Below, one piece after another: positions 60,502 to 64,000 of a stretch of 64,000 nucleotides of DNA. Each line of letters opens with the position of its first letter. Positions within the stretch are counted from its first letter, which is position 1. The position numbers and the translations under genes are program-made. The notes beneath the pieces were generated by a model that saw only the letters and a program-made list of their open reading frames with translations, did not search any database and was not told where the DNA came from. The stretch lies in contig JBDKLC010000004.1 of assembly GCA_039795775.1 (NCBI GenBank), positions 21,982 through 85,981 on the forward strand, written 5' to 3'. Origin of the DNA: Candidatus Parcubacteria bacterium (lineage in GTDB: Bacteria > Patescibacteriota > Minisyncoccia > Phycocordibacterales > CAIZLB01).

Positions 60502-61536
60502 ATGAAAGAGTCAAAGTTGTTACAATCTTCACAATCACTTCAAACACCTATCAAAAAGGAGATTGAAGCCGAGGTGTCACAACTTTCTAAACGACAATAT
60601 CTCCGATCAGCGATAGCAGCAGCAGGGGCTCTCACTATGGATGCCTTCTATCAGGATAGTGCACATAGCTCAACAGAATACACGACAGGACTTTTGTGGC
60701 TTCATGAAAAAGCATTGTCTGACGAAAAAGAACAAATTTCATTTTTCGTAGAAACTCCTACAAACAAAGAATGGATTAAACAAAAGCAGGGGAAGAGTCT
60801 TTGTGCCGAATTTGATATTCGAGAAATTACAAAGATAATTGCAGATCGACCTACATATCTCGAAATTGTTCACACACATACGTTAGCCGCTGTACAAGAA
60901 CCACAAAAACAGTATTTCAAAGGACGAGATATTTCCACACGAGAGATTGATGCGCTCGCACATCAGCCACCTACATTTATCGAAGTGCTCACTTCAAAAT
61001 ATTTCAATGAAATGTTTAAGGAATCAGGTGTAGATATTGTATATAAGATCGTGACACCACAAGGGGTATGGCGATACAGCATTGACCCTGAATCTGAGTT
61101 TATGGATCACTATTACATCTTTTCTCGAAGAGAAGATGATTTCATTCAGAAAGTTTCTCAGGATGATGCCGTAAAGATGTTCTTACAGCACAATCCAGGC
61201 ATTATGCACGATATGGAATTCGAAGATATTCGAAAACAGTTCCTCAGTCCTTCATCAAAGTTTTACGCTATTTTGCCTCATTATTTGAAACAAGAAGCTC
61301 ATACTCTCATGGCGTTCAAAAAAGAACATATTGACTCAAATCACGACTTCGAAGACATGATGGAACTCGAACACGATATGACCCTTCGAATGACATTTGC
61401 GTGTCCTGGAGAAAAGCAGAGAATCGTAAATGAGGACATCACATTGAAGAGACGACTTGGTATTGATCTCTCATTTACAGCAATCGAGCACATTCAGGCT
61501 GAGAAAGAAGCAAAAGTGGCAGAAGAAGATAAATAG
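60502..61536 (+). CDS. Hypothetical protein with HxH (JAB-like?) motif
   Basis: 344-aa ORF with host-like codons; IVHTHT...PPTFIE. Confidence 0.7.
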   Translation: MKESKLLQSSQSLQTPIKKEIEAEVSQLSKRQYLRSAIAAAGALTMDAFYQDSAHSSTEYTTGLLWLHEKALSDEKEQISFFVETPTNKEWIKQKQGKSLCAEFDIREITKIIADRPTYLEIVHTHTLAAVQEPQKQYFKGRDISTREIDALAHQPPTFIEVLTSKYFNEMFKESGVDIVYKIVTPQGVWRYSIDPESEFMDHYYIFSRREDDFIQKVSQDDAVKMFLQHNPGIMHDMEFEDIRKQFLSPSSKFYAILPHYLKQEAHTLMAFKKEHIDSNHDFEDMMELEHDMTLRMTFACPGEKQRIVNEDITLKRRLGIDLSFTAIEHIQAEKEAKVAEEDK

Positions 61537-61595
61537 CAGTACGAAACCACCTTGGTCAAAGTGGTTTCTCTTATAAGATATGTTTTAATACAACC

Positions 61596-62201
61596 ATGAC
61601 AATTCATCACAAACCAGAGAGAACATTAGTAGTCATCAAACCAGACGGTGTTCAGCGAGCACTCATCGGGGAGATTATGCAGCGATATGAGCGAACAGGC
61701 CTCAAGCTTGTCGCTATAAAAATGCTTCAAGTAACTGGTGACTTTGTAGAAAAGCATTATACGCTCGACCCTCAGTGGAGACGAATAACAGGCGAAAAGA
61801 CAATTAAGGGATATCTCGACAAAGGAATGACTCCACCTACAACAGATCCTCTCGAAGTAACTGGTTTGTTGCTTGATAAACTAAAAAAATATATTACGAG
61901 TGGTCCGGTGATAGCAATGGTTTGGGAAGGTACACACGCGGTGCAGATTGTAAGAAAAATTACTGGAGGAACTGAACCTCTCACTGCATCTATTGGAAGT
62001 ATAAGAGGGGATTATCTTGTGGATTCATATGAAATGTCAGACTATTCGCAGCGATCTATTCGAAATCTTGTACACGCATCTGGAGCAGTCGCAGAAGCGG
62101 AAATGGAGATACCACACTGGTTCACAAAAGATGAATTAATTGACTATTCACACCACCGAGAACAGATTCTCTATTCAAAAGAGTTGAGCGACATATTTTA
62201 G
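61596..62201 (+). CDS. ndk: Nucleoside diphosphate kinase
   Basis: ERTLVVIKPDGVQR, SGPVIAMVWEG, RNLVHAS. Confidence 0.96.
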   Translation: MTIHHKPERTLVVIKPDGVQRALIGEIMQRYERTGLKLVAIKMLQVTGDFVEKHYTLDPQWRRITGEKTIKGYLDKGMTPPTTDPLEVTGLLLDKLKKYITSGPVIAMVWEGTHAVQIVRKITGGTEPLTASIGSIRGDYLVDSYEMSDYSQRSIRNLVHASGAVAEAEMEIPHWFTKDELIDYSHHREQILYSKELSDIF

Positions 62202-62249
62202 TATTTGTCGACTCTTGCATTATTTTTTGACGGGTATATAAATAATATA

Positions 62250-62376
62250 GGACTGCTGAGGGCACATTGACTTAAGTTATATTTTTTTCAGGGAGTCCAG
62301 AGTAACAGTACGCCTTGGTGTACTGTTTAGGGCACCCACCTAGTTAATCGCTAGGTCAAATATCTCTTGGTAGTCC
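62250..62376 (+). ncRNA. ssrS: 6S RNA-like ncRNA
   Basis: Rod with closing stem, central bubble and apical stem; upstream sigma70-like promoter and downstream terminator. Confidence 0.65.
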
Positions 62377-62380
62377 AAAT

Positions 62381-62411
62381 AAAAACATCTCGCCTTCGGG
62401 TGAGGTGTTTT
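62381..62411 (+). terminator. Terminator after the ncRNA
   Basis: aaaaacatctcgcc-ttcg-ggtgaggtgttttt. Confidence 0.85.
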
Positions 62412-62455
62412 TGTTATATTTAACCCTTTCAAACAAACTTTGTTATAATCAACGC

Positions 62456-62842
62456 ATGTCTTTACGACTACGGCTTCTTTTCACGACATTCTTCATTTGT
62501 ATGTTATTTGCTGTTGATATTGTGGCAAATAAGCTGTATTTGTACTGGACATATACCTGGTTGGATAAAACTATGCATGTAATGGGTGGGTTTGCGGCCG
62601 GGCTTTTGGGGCTTATCTGTTATGAATATATGCGACGAAAGCCCGGCCGATTACTCACAGCTCTTATTGGGGCTTTGATTATCGGAAGTATGTGGGAACT
62701 CCTAGAGTACATTCTTCATATTTCACGGTTGGGCCCTCAATTTCTTATCGACACAGCATCGGATCTTACTATGGATATTATTGGCGGATTAATTGCTTAC
62801 CTTATATGGAAAAAACTTCCTCAACGAACACAACAACAATAA
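62456..62842 (+). CDS. Four-TM membrane protein (DUF2238/VanZ-like)
   Basis: WLDKTMHVMGG, WELLEY, DTASDL.MDIIGG. Confidence 0.75.
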   Translation: MSLRLRLLFTTFFICMLFAVDIVANKLYLYWTYTWLDKTMHVMGGFAAGLLGLICYEYMRRKPGRLLTALIGALIIGSMWELLEYILHISRLGPQFLIDTASDLTMDIIGGLIAYLIWKKLPQRTQQQ

Positions 62843-64000
62843 AGAATACAAAAGAACTCACTATCACGTTTTGTGGAGGTGTTGGTTCTGTAACGGGAGC
62901 AAATTTTTTACTCCAAGGACCTGACAAAGAAAACGTATATCGAAATATTTTAGTTGATTGCGGAATGGAACAGGGAAGTCATGACGCTGACGAATCAAAT
63001 CGAAAGTCTTTTATATATAATCCGGCGGAGATGGAGTTGTTGCTCATTACTCATGCGCACATGGATCACATCGGTCGGATCCCAAAACTGGTGCGTGATG
63101 GATTCAATGGCACAATTTACTCTTCACCTGAAACACAGAAGCTTGCTGTTATCATGCTTGAAGATTGTTTAAAAATTATTACACAGGAAGCTGAACGACA
63201 AAAAATTGATCCGTTGTTTGAATCAAAAGATGTAACAAAAGCCATTTCTCTTTGGAAATCAATTCCATATCACACAAAGACAGAGCTGTATCCTGGGTAT
63301 TCTGTTTATCTCAAAGACGCAGGACATGTTCTTGGGTCAACAATGTTTGAAATCACTTATTCAGGTCCAGCTACAGAAGCCCCTCGAAAGCTTGTATTTA
63401 CAGGCGACTTAGGAAATAGCCCAACACCACTTCTTAGAGATACTGAAGATATTACAGATGCTGACTATCTTGTTATGGAAAGTGTGTATGGTGACAGAAA
63501 TCACGAAGACCGAGAACATCGACTCGATAAATTCGAAGACGTCATTCAAGAAACAGCAAAGATCGGCGGTACTCTTATTATCCCAATCTTTTCACTTGAG
63601 AAATCTCAGGAAATGATTTATGAGCTCAATAATCTTGTTGAAGAACATCGAGTTCCACCAATGCCTGTGTACTTGGATTCGCCGCTCGCAATCAAAATCA
63701 CTGAGGTGTATAAGCAGATGATTGATGACTTCAACGCTACAGCCCAAGAGAAAGCTAAGCACGACGACTTGTTCAAGTTTAAGAATCTTCACTTTGTAAA
63801 TACAAGCGAAGAATCAAAAGCGATCAAGGACGTACCATCTCCAAAGATCATTATGGCTGGTTCAGGTATGTCGAATGGAGGACGAGTACTTCATCATGAA
63901 CTCAACTATCTCTCTGACCCAAAGACTATTTTGCTTCTCGTGGGCTATCAGGCTGTAGGTACTCTGGGTAGACACATTCAAGATGGAGCGAGCGTTGTAA
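62806..64000 (+). CDS. MBL-fold beta-CASP ribonuclease, truncated by the window end
   Basis: Absent from the ORF track (no stop); reads GGVGSVTGANFL, VDCGMEQG, THAHMDHIG, DAGHVLGS, TGDLG, MESVYG, AGSGMSNGGRVLHH. Confidence 0.92.
   Translation, partial: MEKTSSTNTTTIKNTKELTITFCGGVGSVTGANFLLQGPDKENVYRNILVDCGMEQGSHDADESNRKSFIYNPAEMELLLITHAHMDHIGRIPKLVRDGFNGTIYSSPETQKLAVIMLEDCLKIITQEAERQKIDPLFESKDVTKAISLWKSIPYHTKTELYPGYSVYLKDAGHVLGSTMFEITYSGPATEAPRKLVFTGDLGNSPTPLLRDTEDITDADYLVMESVYGDRNHEDREHRLDKFEDVIQETAKIGGTLIIPIFSLEKSQEMIYELNNLVEEHRVPPMPVYLDSPLAIKITEVYKQMIDDFNATAQEKAKHDDLFKFKNLHFVNTSEESKAIKDVPSPKIIMAGSGMSNGGRVLHHELNYLSDPKTILLLVGYQAVGTLGRHIQDGASVV

Noticed and set aside
62954-63792. Short ORFs 62954..63172 and 63592..63792
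   Set aside because: They lie within the real beta-CASP nuclease frame that starts at 62806 and runs off the window
1-64000. CRISPR array or cas genes
   Set aside because: No regularly spaced direct repeats and no Cas-like ORFs seen
1-64000. Genetic code 25/4 (TGA as sense) or CGA reassignment
   Set aside because: All conserved genes are full length under code 11 with no in-frame TGA, and CGA sits at invariant Arg positions

Overview
A 64-kb chromosomal segment of a low-GC bacterium, almost certainly Patescibacteria/CPR and probably Parcubacteria. This is inferred from the missing rpmD/L30, a trigger factor without its PPIase domain, CPR-type type IV pilus genes, a lone VirD4-like ATPase and the near absence of Shine-Dalgarno sites. 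Content: housekeeping genes (rpsO, xer, xth, cca, hup, rny, clpP, rsmE, tig, ppa, nusA, tpiA, pgk, recJ, rnhA, sod, adk, map, ndk), four tRNAs, a pilB/pilC and minor-pilin locus, a split comEC, and a fragmented str plus S10-spc ribosomal protein cluster. I see no CRISPR array, prophage or transposon. Most notable: (1) an unusual decoding set-up, with 0 of 71 complete genes ending in TGA, CGA as the dominant Arg codon alongside a tRNA-Arg(UCG), and a one-residue deletion in the S12 decoding loop; (2) a GC-rich secreted Ig/FN3 protein with a Verrucomicrobia-like C-terminus, a possible host clue; (3) a parS/DnaA-box cluster around an ORF-free, possibly transcribed spacer; (4) a short 6S-like RNA and several structured leaders; (5) pervasive leaderless promoter architecture. 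All calls are by eye, with no database searches.
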